Shown here piece after piece: positions 26,335-36,440 of a stretch of DNA of 64,000 nucleotides; position 1 is the first letter of the stretch; each line of letters begins with the position of its first letter. The notes under the pieces are model-generated. The model ran no database searches. It was not told the DNA's origin and saw nothing but the letters and a program-made list of their open reading frames with translations. The position numbers and the translations under genes are program-made. Source of the DNA: Mantamonas sphyraenae STR306 (taxonomy: Eukaryota > Protista > CRuMs); assembly GCA_026936335.1 (NCBI GenBank), contig JAPMXV010000011.1, positions 186,001 through 250,000 of the forward strand, in the 5' to 3' direction.

Positions 26335-28964
26335 CTACTGCTTGGCTTCTTTGGCGTCGTCGTCGTCATCGTCGTCTTCGCTCTCGTTGTCTTCGCCCAC
26401 TTGGTCAGCTGGCGGTGGCTCATCATTCACAACGGCTGTGCGGATCTTCTTGGTGGTGGATGAGGAGTGGTCTGCGGAGGTCGGCTCGTCGTCGGCAGCG
26501 TCGGTGTTGCCCGGTTTGCACTTTGAGAAAAGACCGCCAGATTCTTCGTCGCGCTTGCGGGTCGTGAGCATGAGAAAGAGGAGGCCGAGCACACGGAAGA
26601 TGCCGTAGAGGAGGAGCAAGGTGAGGACAAAGGGCCACAGATCGTCGCTGTTGATGCTGTAGTTGTCGAGGACCCGTTCGCCGGTCTCGATGGGGCAGAC
26701 CTTGATCTCGTTGGTGCGTGGCGGGATGCCAGCGGTGGCGTTACCCGGAACGGGGATGTTCAGGCGCACATACTCGTCGTCTTCGCAGCGGAAGGTGATG
26801 CCCTCCAGTTCGACGATGGCGAGGGACTGAAAGGCGTACTTGAAGAGCGACAGCGACTCGAGCCAGCGCAGGTAGATGGGGATGTTTTCGGTGTTGACAA
26901 AGAAGCCTGCAAACAGCATGAGGGGAAGGATGGTGATGGGAGTGATGGCAAGCAAAGCGTCCTGATTGGCAATGAGGGCACCGAGGGTAACGCCGAGTGC
27001 GTTGCCTGTGTTGGCGGCCACAATGAGGACAAAGGCATGCAGAAAGAACTTTTCGGCTACAGGTTGGTATCCGACCATCCAGTAGGCGATACTGGAGAAC
27101 ACGAGCGGGTAGAAGCACATGAGGGGAAGTTCGGCCAGAATCTTGCCCACGTAGTAGGCAGGGACGCTGTAGACGTTGTTGCGTGTCTCCTTGATGAGCA
27201 AGGCTCGCTCTGGTGCAAAGACCAGGATGGTGGAGAAGACGGCGTTCATCACGTTGTTGATGGCGATGAAAAACAGGGAACCCATTCGATCTTGGACAGA
27301 CTTTTGCGTGTTGCCAGTCTGGTAGTACAGAAGGCCACAAAGCAGGGCTGTGATGACATTCTGGCCAAAGCGAGCCTTGGTGGACATGGGGTTGCGCGTG
27401 ATATTCAGCCAGGCGCGATGGATGAGGTGACGCAGCTGGAAGAAGAAGCCTGTTTGCGCCTCGCGCTCGATGCGCAGACGCTGGGGCGTCTTCACCTCGT
27501 CAATGTAGCGAAGGTGCTCTGCGAGCATATCGCTCTCCTGGTAGGAGTCCATGATGGCCTTGACGCGAGCCTGGTCCTTGCTGTCGCCCGGCTTTGCATA
27601 GAGCTTGGTGATGACAAAGTCGCCCAGGTTGGTGTACTGCGGGATCTCGTAGTTGAGGGTGTTTGCAAAGTACGAGGCGAGGTTCTCCATGGGACCGTGG
27701 TATGCAATCTCGCCGTTGTTGAGGAGCATGATCTGGTCTAGGAGGGCAAGGATGTCGCTGGAGGGCTGGTGGATGGTGCAAATGATGGTCGTTCCCTTGC
27801 GTGCAAGCTTGCGCATGATCTTCATGACGGAAAGGGCAGTGCGTGCGTCGAGGCCCGAGGTTGGCTCGTCCAGAAAGACGAGCTTTGGCTGCGAGATGAG
27901 TTCGCAGGCCATGGCGGTACGCTTGCGCTCACCACCCGAAATGGACTTCATGCCAGGCACGGTGGGGTTGCCAATGATGGAAGTGGCACACTTTTGCAGG
28001 TCCGTGTCCTCGATAATCTCGCGCACAAGTCTGTCCTTCTCCTCGACGGAAGCGTTGGGCACGCGCAGCATGGCAGAGAAGCGCATGCTCTCTTCAGGCG
28101 TCAGCTGGTCCATGAGGATGTCCATCTGTTCACAGAACGCCGTTTGGCTGGCTGTGGAACCGTGCGGGCGGGTGTCAGTCAGCACAACGATTGCACGGGT
28201 GGTGAAACAGGCATGTTGCAGGCTGTTGGGCATGAACGCATAATGTGGCACTGACCCAATGCGTTGCTGCTGGCAATCTTGCCGTCGAGATAGACCGCAC
28301 CCTTGCGCACGGAGTTTTTCGGCATGTCCAGGCGGCCGCTGAGCATATTGAGCAGGGTGGTCTTGCCAGCTGCGCACCAACATCATGTGGAATGGACAAG
28401 GTGAGATGTGTTTTTTTTTTGGCGTCGTGTGGGGTTGGAGTGTGAGTGTGGCGAGTTGGTGAAGAGTTCCGGCACGTTGGAATCTTCTCGGCGGGCTCCC
28501 GGAAACCGGACACAACTCACCTCCGGAAGCTAGGGGAGAGGCAGCACAGGGCCAGGACAGGCCGCGTACGCGAGGCAACCGTGGTGAATACGGCAAGGGT
28601 GCAAGCAGCGGAGTCAGCGGGATGTGGTTGGACAGGAAATTGGTGAGCAAGACGGCCATGTGAAAACGGAATTTGAAGCGCGCGGGGGTTCCGAAGACGG
28701 GAGGAAGCGAGGGGGGGGAAGCGGGGAGGGAAGCGGGGAGGAGCGGGTCAAGAAGAACACACCTCCCATGATGGCAAGGAGACTTCCAGGCTTGATGCTA
28801 CCCGAGAGACCGTTGAGAATGGTCTTGTCACGGATCTGCTTCTTGCCGTTGTCGTCGGTGTACTTCTCCGGCACCGTGAAGGTGAGGTTGTCAAAGACGA
28901 GGGAGACTCCGTCGATGCGTCGCTCACCGGTCACCTGCAGCTCAAGGTCTTTCTCGGAGGACAT
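26335..28964 (-). CDS. ABC transporter subfamily G (White-like half transporter)
   Basis: NBD-TMD order; motifs ISGGERKR, FLDEPTSGLD, CTIHQP. Exons 28964-28763, 28529-28521, 28369-28256 and 28151-26335 rebuild Walker A as GASGAGKTT. Confidence 0.94.
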
Positions 28965-29041
28965 GTGGATTCAGGTGTGTTGTCCGGCGGCAACGCAACC
29001 AAGTCGACGTTCCCCCGGGGTGTGCGGTGGTCAGACAGGCA

Positions 29042-30077
29042 ATGGGAAACTCTGAATCGTCTTCGTCGTCGTCGTCATCATCATCATCATCATGGTCATC
29101 GTCGTCAAGGAACGACGGTGGGAAGCACAGAAACAGCGAAGAAGGCGGGAGCGGGGCTGGGAGCTCGTCTGGGAGCATTCTGGTCAACAGCGACCTGAAA
29201 CTGTCAACACTAAAAGGCAGCGCGTCGCGGAGACCTGGAGGCGGTGCGAGAAGCGGTGGAGACCTGGTCCCTGCCGTGGGTGGACGTGGATGCACGTAGC
29301 AGCGCCGGCAATCTACGGACGCTGCTTCACGGGGCATGCCTGGGTGGCCACGTGGCGGTGGTGGAGTATCTGCTGGAACGCGAGTGCGACGCAACGCTGA
29401 TGGACGAGTTTGGACGCACGGGTCTGCACTACGCGGTGGCAGCGGAAAAGGTGAGCGTGGTTAGCGCGCTGCTGCAATACGATGCCACGTTGGCCAGTGT
29501 GCGTGATCGTGCAGGAAATACTGTGCTGCATCTGTGTGCGGGTCACAGGAGCACGGCGACACTGGAAATGCTGCTGCATACGCGGAAGCAACTGGACGCA
29601 ACGGAGAGCAGTCTGGCGACGCTGCACGCGTACGTCAATTTGGAAAACACAGAAGGAAATACGGCCCTGCACGCGTGTGTCATGGACACAAGCACGTCTG
29701 TGTCTGTGCTGCGAATGCTGCTGGAATGCGGAGCTGATCCGTTGCTTCTTTCCGGCCGCGACCAACACGCGCTGGGCGAGGCTGCCGAGCTGAGTCAACT
29801 GAGTTTGTTGATAGACGAGGTTGGGGTGCCCCTGCGCGTCGAAGTGCTGGGTCTCAACGTGCGTGCCGTGGTGCATGTGTGGCTGTCGTCCAAAAGTCTC
29901 AACACGGCGGCAGCGCAAGTCAAAGTGGCCAAGGCGTTGCTGGATGCTGGAGTGGTGGACGCACACGCACATGTGGAAGTTCTGGGTGATGTGCGCCAAC
30001 GAGTGTTTGAGTGGAAGCAACACAAGGGCGGGCGAGGTGACGTGGACGTTGTCGGGCGTGTGCTGAGCAGCGAATAG
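29042..30077 (+). CDS. Ankyrin-repeat protein, probably with an N-myristoylation-type MGNSES start (frame change near 29214)
   Basis: Ankyrin repeats AARRGDLEAV, RTLLHGAC, GRTGLHYAV, GNTVLHL, GNTALHAC. The ankyrin frame begins after a TAA at 29211, and the upstream ATG 29042 is in another frame, so an intron or indel is required. Confidence 0.75.
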
Positions 30078-30119
30078 GCACACTGGAATGGCTACATTGC
30101 ACACGTGCATGGTCACCCG

Positions 30120-31280
30120 TCAAACCATGTTGGACAGGGCGTCGCCAAGGCGTTTGCAGCTGTTGTGCAGGAGGCGCCAGGGGACGATGATCAGGAGCAG
30201 AATGGTGAGGTTGTAGAGAAAGTCTGTGACGACGGACATGGCGTCGCGGGTGTCCAAGGGCTCGCCTGCAGTCGCGGCGAGGGCACCGAGGTTGAAAAGA
30301 AAGGCAATGCCTTGCACAATGGCGACAGGGATGACGTGAAACCAGGGCCGGGGAAATACAAGCTCGATTGCGTACATGGCACTGAGCGGCTTGGTGAAAT
30401 ACTCGCGCAGTTGGTCCATGGTGGAGGCCACCGTGTCGTCTTGGTTCTGTGTGACCTTTTGGGCCTGGGCGTCGTCGACGGTCTCGTTGATGAGCGAGCG
30501 CATTGCGAGGAGCTGTGAAGCGAACACGAAGAACTGGCGTGCCGACGGGCAACAGGCAATGGGTGGACGGCGGCAAAACGAGTGTGAGCAAACGCGTGAA
30601 GCGAGATTGGGTCGGATCCTGGTGGGATGGGCTGAGAAACGTACGACAAGGAGGAAGAGGCCGTTGGCAAAGAGGACAAAGGGAAACTCGAGCAGGGCGA
30701 GGGCGACCTCTGGGATGAGGACGTCAAACACGGAGCCAAGGATCCACAGGAGGACAAAAGTAGAGAAGAGGAGCCAGTTTGTGCGAGGAATGACTGCGTT
30801 GGTCTGGATACGGTCGTAGAGGGGCCTTTTGATGAACCAGGCGAGGACGGCGAGGCCGACGAGCATGGCAAAGGCGTCGTTGAAGATGAGAAAGAGGAAA
30901 CTGAGGAGGCCGCGAGCTCGGTCGTGGTCGCCCAGGTAGACGAAAGCACGGGTCAAAAGGTGGATGAGGAGAATCGTGGCGGCGATCCATGTCCACCAGC
31001 GACGCAGGAAACCCGGGCGCGAGGTACGGGGCAACAGCAGGTACCCAGAGAGAGTCCAGTAGAGCAAAGGGTTCATCCAGGACTTGCGAGCGTCGCGTTC
31101 GTTTTGAGAAAGGTCGACGTCGTTGTCGAGGTCGCCAAGGAGGCCCTGAGTGTAGTTGTCTTCGGTGAGGTACTCGTTGTGGATGCCTTGGGTCAGGGAG
31201 TCGATGACCATGGCCAGCTTGGGTAGGCCCATGCTGCTGTGGTGCGTCTGAAGGATTTCATCATCGGGTAGCTCGTCCAT
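30120..31280 (-). CDS. Multi-pass membrane protein (about 6 TM), possibly GRL/7TM-ion-channel-like
   Basis: Long ORF with hydrophobic helices and a probable in-frame intron 30644-30534 (GTACGT..GCTCAC..CAG). The family call is tentative. Confidence 0.7.
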   Translation of the reverse strand: MDELPDDEILQTHHSSMGLPKLAMVIDSLTQGIHNEYLTEDNYTQGLLGDLDNDVDLSQNERDARKSWMNPLLYWTLSGYLLLPRTSRPGFLRRWWTWIAATILLIHLLTRAFVYLGDHDRARGLLSFLFLIFNDAFAMLVGLAVLAWFIKRPLYDRIQTNAVIPRTNWLLFSTFVLLWILGSVFDVLIPEVALALLEFPFVLFANGLFLLVVRFSAHPTRIRPNLASRVCSHSFCRRPPIACCPSARQFFVFASQLLAMRSLINETVDDAQAQKVTQNQDDTVASTMDQLREYFTKPLSAMYAIELVFPRPWFHVIPVAIVQGIAFLFNLGALAATAGEPLDTRDAMSVVTDFLYNLTILLLIIVPWRLLHNSCKRLGDALSNMV

Positions 31281-31378
31281 GATGGGAAAACCGGTGGGAA
31301 AGAGGGGGTTCGATTGCGTCCGGCGGCGCCGCAGGCAAGGCATCAGTGTGGCGGATTGATCGGGTGACAGAACACAAG

Positions 31379-32133
31379 ATGTTTAGCAAGGGGATCGAGT
31401 TGTTGCGGGACACAAAGCGGACAGGAGGCATGGGCAAGTTTAAGGAAGCGGAGATTGCCAACATCGTAAACGACTGCACGGTGTTGAGCCAGGACGTGGA
31501 GAAACGGCTAGAGTAGGTGGAAGGGAAGGAGAGGTTGATGAGGAGAGGGAAAAGCAAAGGGAAGAAAACGGGTGTACTGGGCGTGGGGTTGCCAGGTTTG
31601 GGTGTTTGTTGGCCAGTTTGTTGGCGGGGTTGTGGCGCGAATTTGAGCGCTAGTGATCAAGGAGCTTGCGGACTGACGGACATGGGGTGAACGACGGGTG
31701 GGCACTGGCAAACAGAGAGACGGATACGAATACGGCGCAGCGGTTCACAGTGATTGTGTTTCACACCACCATCTCGAGAAACAAGCGGTGTGTGCTGGCG
31801 TACTTGATGCACAGGGCACGAACACTGACGGCATACCGGTGGGAGCGGCCTGCACTGACCAACAAGCAGCGAAGCAAGCTTCACACGGCGGAAGTGGACT
31901 TTTTCGATCGGTACGACAAGCTGCTGCGAGACTATGGGGACCAGATGGACATCGATGTGCTGACGGACCTGGAGCCGCCAAAGGACCTGATGGTGGAGGT
32001 CCGTGCGACGTCAAGTCTAGGAAACATTGCCCTGAGCACAGGTGTGGTGGACTTTAAAAAGGGAGGCACGTATCTGCTGAAGAGGAGCGACGCTGAGCCG
32101 CTGATCAGGAGTGGGGACTTGGAACAGGCGTGA
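31379..32133 (+). CDS. GINS1: GINS complex subunit Psf1
   Basis: Exon 1 MFSKGIELLRD..; intron 31513 (GTAGGT) to probably 31715; motifs RNKRCVLAYLMHR, DLEPPKDLMVEVR, EPLIRSGDLE. Confidence 0.92.
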
Positions 32134-32181
32134 GCTGAGCAGGTGGCGCAGGGGCATGCAACGTGATCACCGTCGTGGAGG

Positions 32182-35100
32182 ATGTTTGCAAATTTCGACA
32201 ATGAACACAAAGACGAGGATGGGGACGGGTTTGGGGCATTTGATGATGATGCATGGGCAGAAGGAGACGTGGTTGAAGGGGACGAGGATGATTGGGCGTT
32301 CGGAGACGTACAAGAAGAGAGCAATGGGGCGGCAACGTCATCTCCAGTTGGCCAAAGAGATACGGATGAAGGTGCAGGGCCACAGAAAGCGAGCACAGCG
32401 GCGTTGGGAGACAAGGAGGCGGAGGGAAGGGAGGAGGTGTGGGAGGGCTTTGGGAATGGGGTCGAAGGGATGGGGAGGGAGAGCGGTGTGAGGAGTGTGG
32501 AGCAACACGAGGATGGGCTGAGTGCGAAGGAAACAGAGAGCGTGGGTGCCGAGGGAGAGGATGACGACCCGTTTGCAGTGTTCGGGAACGCAGGGAGCGG
32601 AAAGGCGGGAGGAAGCGCGGAGCGGCAACCTTCCGCGTTGGACCTGCTTTCTGGCATGGGCGGAGATGACCAATTGACCAAAGGAAAGAAGGATACAAAG
32701 CAGGAGAAACGCGAAGGCGGAGGAGAGGACCCGTTTGCCATGTTTGAGACGTCCGGGAGCTCTGGGAATTCTGGATCGACCGCGTTGAGTTTGTATGACG
32801 ACTTGCTGGCTGGATATGATGAGGAGCGCGAAGGAAACGGGACAACAAGCACTTCAGATGTGGCAAGTGGGGTGGGGGATGGCGAGAAGAGTGGTGGGGA
32901 GCAGTTGGTGCACGAAGGAGCCGCAAGTGAGGAGGTTGGAGAAGGCGTTGAACCGAAGGATGGGGAGAAGGAGGTTGTGGGGGGTGTGAGTGGAGAGGGG
33001 GAGGAGGAGGACGCTTTCGCTGGGTTCGGGGAGGACACGGGAGCGGAGAAGGAGGAGGAGGAAGACACAGCAGCGGAGAAGGAGCAGGAGGACGCTTTCG
33101 CTGGGTTTGGGGATGACACGGCCACTGATGGCCAGGAGGAGGAAGACACAGCAGCGGAGAAGGAGGAGGAGGATGGATTCGCTGGGTTTGGGGATAACAC
33201 CACGGCCACTGATGACCAGGAAGCGAACGCATTTGCTGGGTTCGGGGATAACACGGGAGCGAAGAAGGAGGAGGAGGATGGGTTCGCTGGGTTTGGGGAT
33301 AACACCACGGCCACTGATGACCAGGAAGCGGACGGGTTCGATGGATTCGGGGACGACACGGCCACTGATGGCCAGGAGGAGGAAGACACAGCAGCGGAGA
33401 AGGAGGAGGAGGATGGATTCGCTGGGTTTGGGGATAACACCACGGCCACTGATGACCAGGAAGCGAACGCATTTGCTGGGTTCGGGGATAACACGGGAGC
33501 GAAGAAGGAGGAGGAGGATGGATTCGCTGGATTCGGAGATGACACGGCCACTGATGACCAGGAGGCGGACGGGTTCGATGGATTCGGGGATGAAACGACC
33601 ACTGATGACCAGGAGGAGGAAGACACAGCAGCGGAGAAGGAGGAGGAGGATGGATTCGCCGGGTTTGGGGATGACACAGCCACTGATGACCAGGAGGCGG
33701 ACGCCTTCGATGGATTCGGGGACGACACAGCCACTGATGACCAGGAGGCGGACGCATTCGCTGGGTTTGGGGATGACACGACTACTGATGACCAGGAGGC
33801 GGACGCATTCGGCGGATTCGGGGATGACACAGCCACTGATGGCCAGGAGGAGGAAGACACAGCAGCGGAGAAGGAGGAGGAGGATGGATTCGCTGGGTTT
33901 GGGGATAACACCACGGCCACTGATGACCAGGAAGCGAACGCATTTGCTGGGTTCGGAGATGACACAGCCACTGATGACCAGGAGGCGGTCGGGTTCGATG
34001 GATTCGGGGATGACACAGCCACTGATGGCCAGGAGGAGGAAGACACAGCAGCGGAGAAGGAGGAGGAGGATGGATTCGCCGGGTTTGGGGATGACACAGC
34101 CACTGATGACCAGGAAGCGGACGCATTTGCTGGGTTCGGGGATAACACCACAGCCACTGATGACCAGGAGGCGGACGCATTCGCTGGGTTCGGAGATGAC
34201 ACAGCCACTGATGACCAGGAGGCGGACGCATTCGCTGGGTTCGGAGATAACACCACAGCCACTGATGACCAGGAGGCGGACGCATTCGCTGGGTTCGGGG
34301 ATGACACGGGAGCGGAGAAGGAGGAGGAGGATGGATTCGCTGGATTCGGAGATGACACAGCCACTGATGACCAGGAGGCGGACGCATTCGCTGGATTCGG
34401 AGATGACACAGCCACTGATGACCAGGAGGCGGACGCATTTGCTGGGTTCGGGGATAACACCACAGCCACTGATGACCAGGAGGCGGACGCATTTGGTGGG
34501 TTCGGGGATGACACGGGAGCGGAGAAGGAGGAGGAGGATGGATTCGCTGGATTCGGAGATGACACAGCCACTGATGACCAGGAGGCGGACGCATTCGCTG
34601 GGTTTGGGGATGACACGGGAGCGGAGAAGGAGGAGGAGGATGGATTCGCTGGATTCGGAGATGACACAGCCACTGATGACCAGGAGGCGGACGCATTCGC
34701 TTGGTTCGGAGATAACACCACAGCCACTGATGACCAGGAGGCGGACGCATTCGCTGGGTTCGGGGATGACACGGGAGCGGAGCCACTGAAGGAGGAGGAG
34801 GATGGATTCGCTGGATTCGGAGATGACACAGCCACTGATGACCAGGAGGCGGACGTATTCGCTGGATTCGGAGATGACACAGCCACTGATGACCAGGAGG
34901 CGGACGCATTCGCTGGATTCGGAGATGACACAGCCACTGATGACCAGGAGGCGGACGCATTCGCTGGGTTCGGAGATGACACAGCCACTGATGACCAGGA
35001 GGCGGACGCATTCGCTGGGTTTGGGGATGATTCTGCCTCCGCCGTGTCCAAACCTGCGGAGAACAATGAGGACGAGTTTGGATTCGGAGACTGGGACACT

Positions 35101-36381
35101 GCTGCTGACAACGAAGGGGATGGAGACGACGACTTTGCTGCATTCGGCGATGCAGACGACTGGGATTCCGGTGCGGCAAACGACGAGTCCTGGGACACTG
35201 GCGACGACAGCTGGGCCACGTCGGAACCGGAAGTCCAAAGCACGCCCAAACACACACCCTCGGCTTCGTCGTCGACATCCAATCTTCTTTTCCATCAGGA
35301 TCCCTCCAAGATCGAAGCTGCTGTTTCCCTTGCCGCAGGCCTGATTGGCTCCGCGCTCCTGTCTGCTGCACCGCCCAAGCGCACGGCTTCGCTGGATGTC
35401 ACACCGCAGACTCTTGTGCAGTGCTTGCGCAATGCCACAAGTGACACACCGCTGGCCAAGCAGCTCCACGCCACGTATGCCGTCAAACCAGCTGCTGCCT
35501 TTGCCCCGCCAGCCTGCCAGCATTGTACATCCCCTCTGCAGCCCAGCTCAGTTCTCTGCCTTGCATGCGGCTGTGTGCAAGACTCGTGTCCCCAGCTTCA
35601 GGACATCTGGGAACAGTCTCAGCTGCAGCTTGCCTTTCTCAAGGCCATCCAGCTGCCCTCCGGCATCGACGCGGCCGATGTCGCCGCTGGATCTGTGCCT
35701 CGTTCAAAGTCCACAAAGTCCAAACCAGCTGTGCAGCAACCACAGCCCAAACAGCAAACCAATGTGGACGCGCCGTTGAGCACTGCTACAACCACACCCA
35801 CCACGCGACCGCGCAACGAATCTACCCTCTCTGACGCAGGCACAGGTCTTGATGTCGACTTTCTCAAGCACATCAGCAAGCAAAAGGTCACCCAGAACTC
35901 TGCTGGCACCGATCAGGCCTCCACGGGCGTCAACAGTGCCGCCGACCCCCTCGCAGATACCCTCGCCTTCTTTGGCGGCTCAGCCTTTGCCAACGCCTCT
36001 CCGGCAGCCTCGTCGCCTGCAGCAGCCTCTGCGTCTGCCGCTTCGCAGAACAGCACCTCGTCTTCTGCCTTTCCCCTGGATTTTGCTGACCTCATCGGCG
36101 GCTCGAGTTCCAGTTCGAGCTCCAGCAGCAGCAGCGACTCGGCTGCCAAAGATACAACCTCGCCCTCTACAGCAGCCTCAATGAGCAAGGGCCTTCAGTT
36201 CCTGGCCAACCTGGAGAATCTGGAGAGCAGCCAAAGCGAAGAGGCTCAACCCAGCTCCGATCCAATGCTCGACCCCGTATTATTTTTCGGCGATGCAAAG
36301 CCCACAGATGCCTCCCAGGCCATCCTGGACGCCCTTCCAGACCTATCCTGGGCTGTTGCCGACTCCCTCGTGCACACATGA
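32182..36381 (+). CDS. Aftiphilin-like AP-1/clathrin accessory protein with expanded acidic FxxFGD repeats
   Basis: Acidic aromatic motifs (DFAAFGD, EFGFGDW) typical of gamma-ear ligands. A WEQSQLQLAFLKAI block and the C-terminal ILDALPDLSW resemble aftiphilin conserved boxes. One CxxC..CxxC. Confidence 0.65.
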   Translation: MFANFDNEHKDEDGDGFGAFDDDAWAEGDVVEGDEDDWAFGDVQEESNGAATSSPVGQRDTDEGAGPQKASTAALGDKEAEGREEVWEGFGNGVEGMGRESGVRSVEQHEDGLSAKETESVGAEGEDDDPFAVFGNAGSGKAGGSAERQPSALDLLSGMGGDDQLTKGKKDTKQEKREGGGEDPFAMFETSGSSGNSGSTALSLYDDLLAGYDEEREGNGTTSTSDVASGVGDGEKSGGEQLVHEGAASEEVGEGVEPKDGEKEVVGGVSGEGEEEDAFAGFGEDTGAEKEEEEDTAAEKEQEDAFAGFGDDTATDGQEEEDTAAEKEEEDGFAGFGDNTTATDDQEANAFAGFGDNTGAKKEEEDGFAGFGDNTTATDDQEADGFDGFGDDTATDGQEEEDTAAEKEEEDGFAGFGDNTTATDDQEANAFAGFGDNTGAKKEEEDGFAGFGDDTATDDQEADGFDGFGDETTTDDQEEEDTAAEKEEEDGFAGFGDDTATDDQEADAFDGFGDDTATDDQEADAFAGFGDDTTTDDQEADAFGGFGDDTATDGQEEEDTAAEKEEEDGFAGFGDNTTATDDQEANAFAGFGDDTATDDQEAVGFDGFGDDTATDGQEEEDTAAEKEEEDGFAGFGDDTATDDQEADAFAGFGDNTTATDDQEADAFAGFGDDTATDDQEADAFAGFGDNTTATDDQEADAFAGFGDDTGAEKEEEDGFAGFGDDTATDDQEADAFAGFGDDTATDDQEADAFAGFGDNTTATDDQEADAFGGFGDDTGAEKEEEDGFAGFGDDTATDDQEADAFAGFGDDTGAEKEEEDGFAGFGDDTATDDQEADAFAWFGDNTTATDDQEADAFAGFGDDTGAEPLKEEEDGFAGFGDDTATDDQEADVFAGFGDDTATDDQEADAFAGFGDDTATDDQEADAFAGFGDDTATDDQEADAFAGFGDDSASAVSKPAENNEDEFGFGDWDTAADNEGDGDDDFAAFGDADDWDSGAANDESWDTGDDSWATSEPEVQSTPKHTPSASSSTSNLLFHQDPSKIEAAVSLAAGLIGSALLSAAPPKRTASLDVTPQTLVQCLRNATSDTPLAKQLHATYAVKPAAAFAPPACQHCTSPLQPSSVLCLACGCVQDSCPQLQDIWEQSQLQLAFLKAIQLPSGIDAADVAAGSVPRSKSTKSKPAVQQPQPKQQTNVDAPLSTATTTPTTRPRNESTLSDAGTGLDVDFLKHISKQKVTQNSAGTDQASTGVNSAADPLADTLAFFGGSAFANASPAASSPAAASASAASQNSTSSSAFPLDFADLIGGSSSSSSSSSSSDSAAKDTTSPSTAASMSKGLQFLANLENLESSQSEEAQPSSDPMLDPVLFFGDAKPTDASQAILDALPDLSWAVADSLVHT
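33000..35030 (+). repeat. Coding minisatellite, about 36 units (mostly 48-54 nt, some longer) encoding D(A/G)FAGFGD(D/N)T..
   Basis: Recurring gacgcattcgctgggttcggggatgacacagccactgatgaccaggaggcg and gagaaggaggaggaggatggattcgctgg modules, all in frame. Confidence 0.97.
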
Positions 36382-36440
36382 CACTAGAAGGCCCAACAAA
36401 AACCAAACCAACTCGCACCTTCTAGCTCTTCGCTCTCGCG

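Noticed and set aside
33000-35030. CRISPR-like or non-coding repeat array
   Set aside because: There are no unique spacers, and all units keep the frame inside one acidic ORF. It is a coding minisatellite.
31932-35523. Long alternative-frame and antisense ORFs (1116, 889, 599, 550, 529 aa)
   Set aside because: These are shadows of the stop-poor repeat in the real + strand gene.
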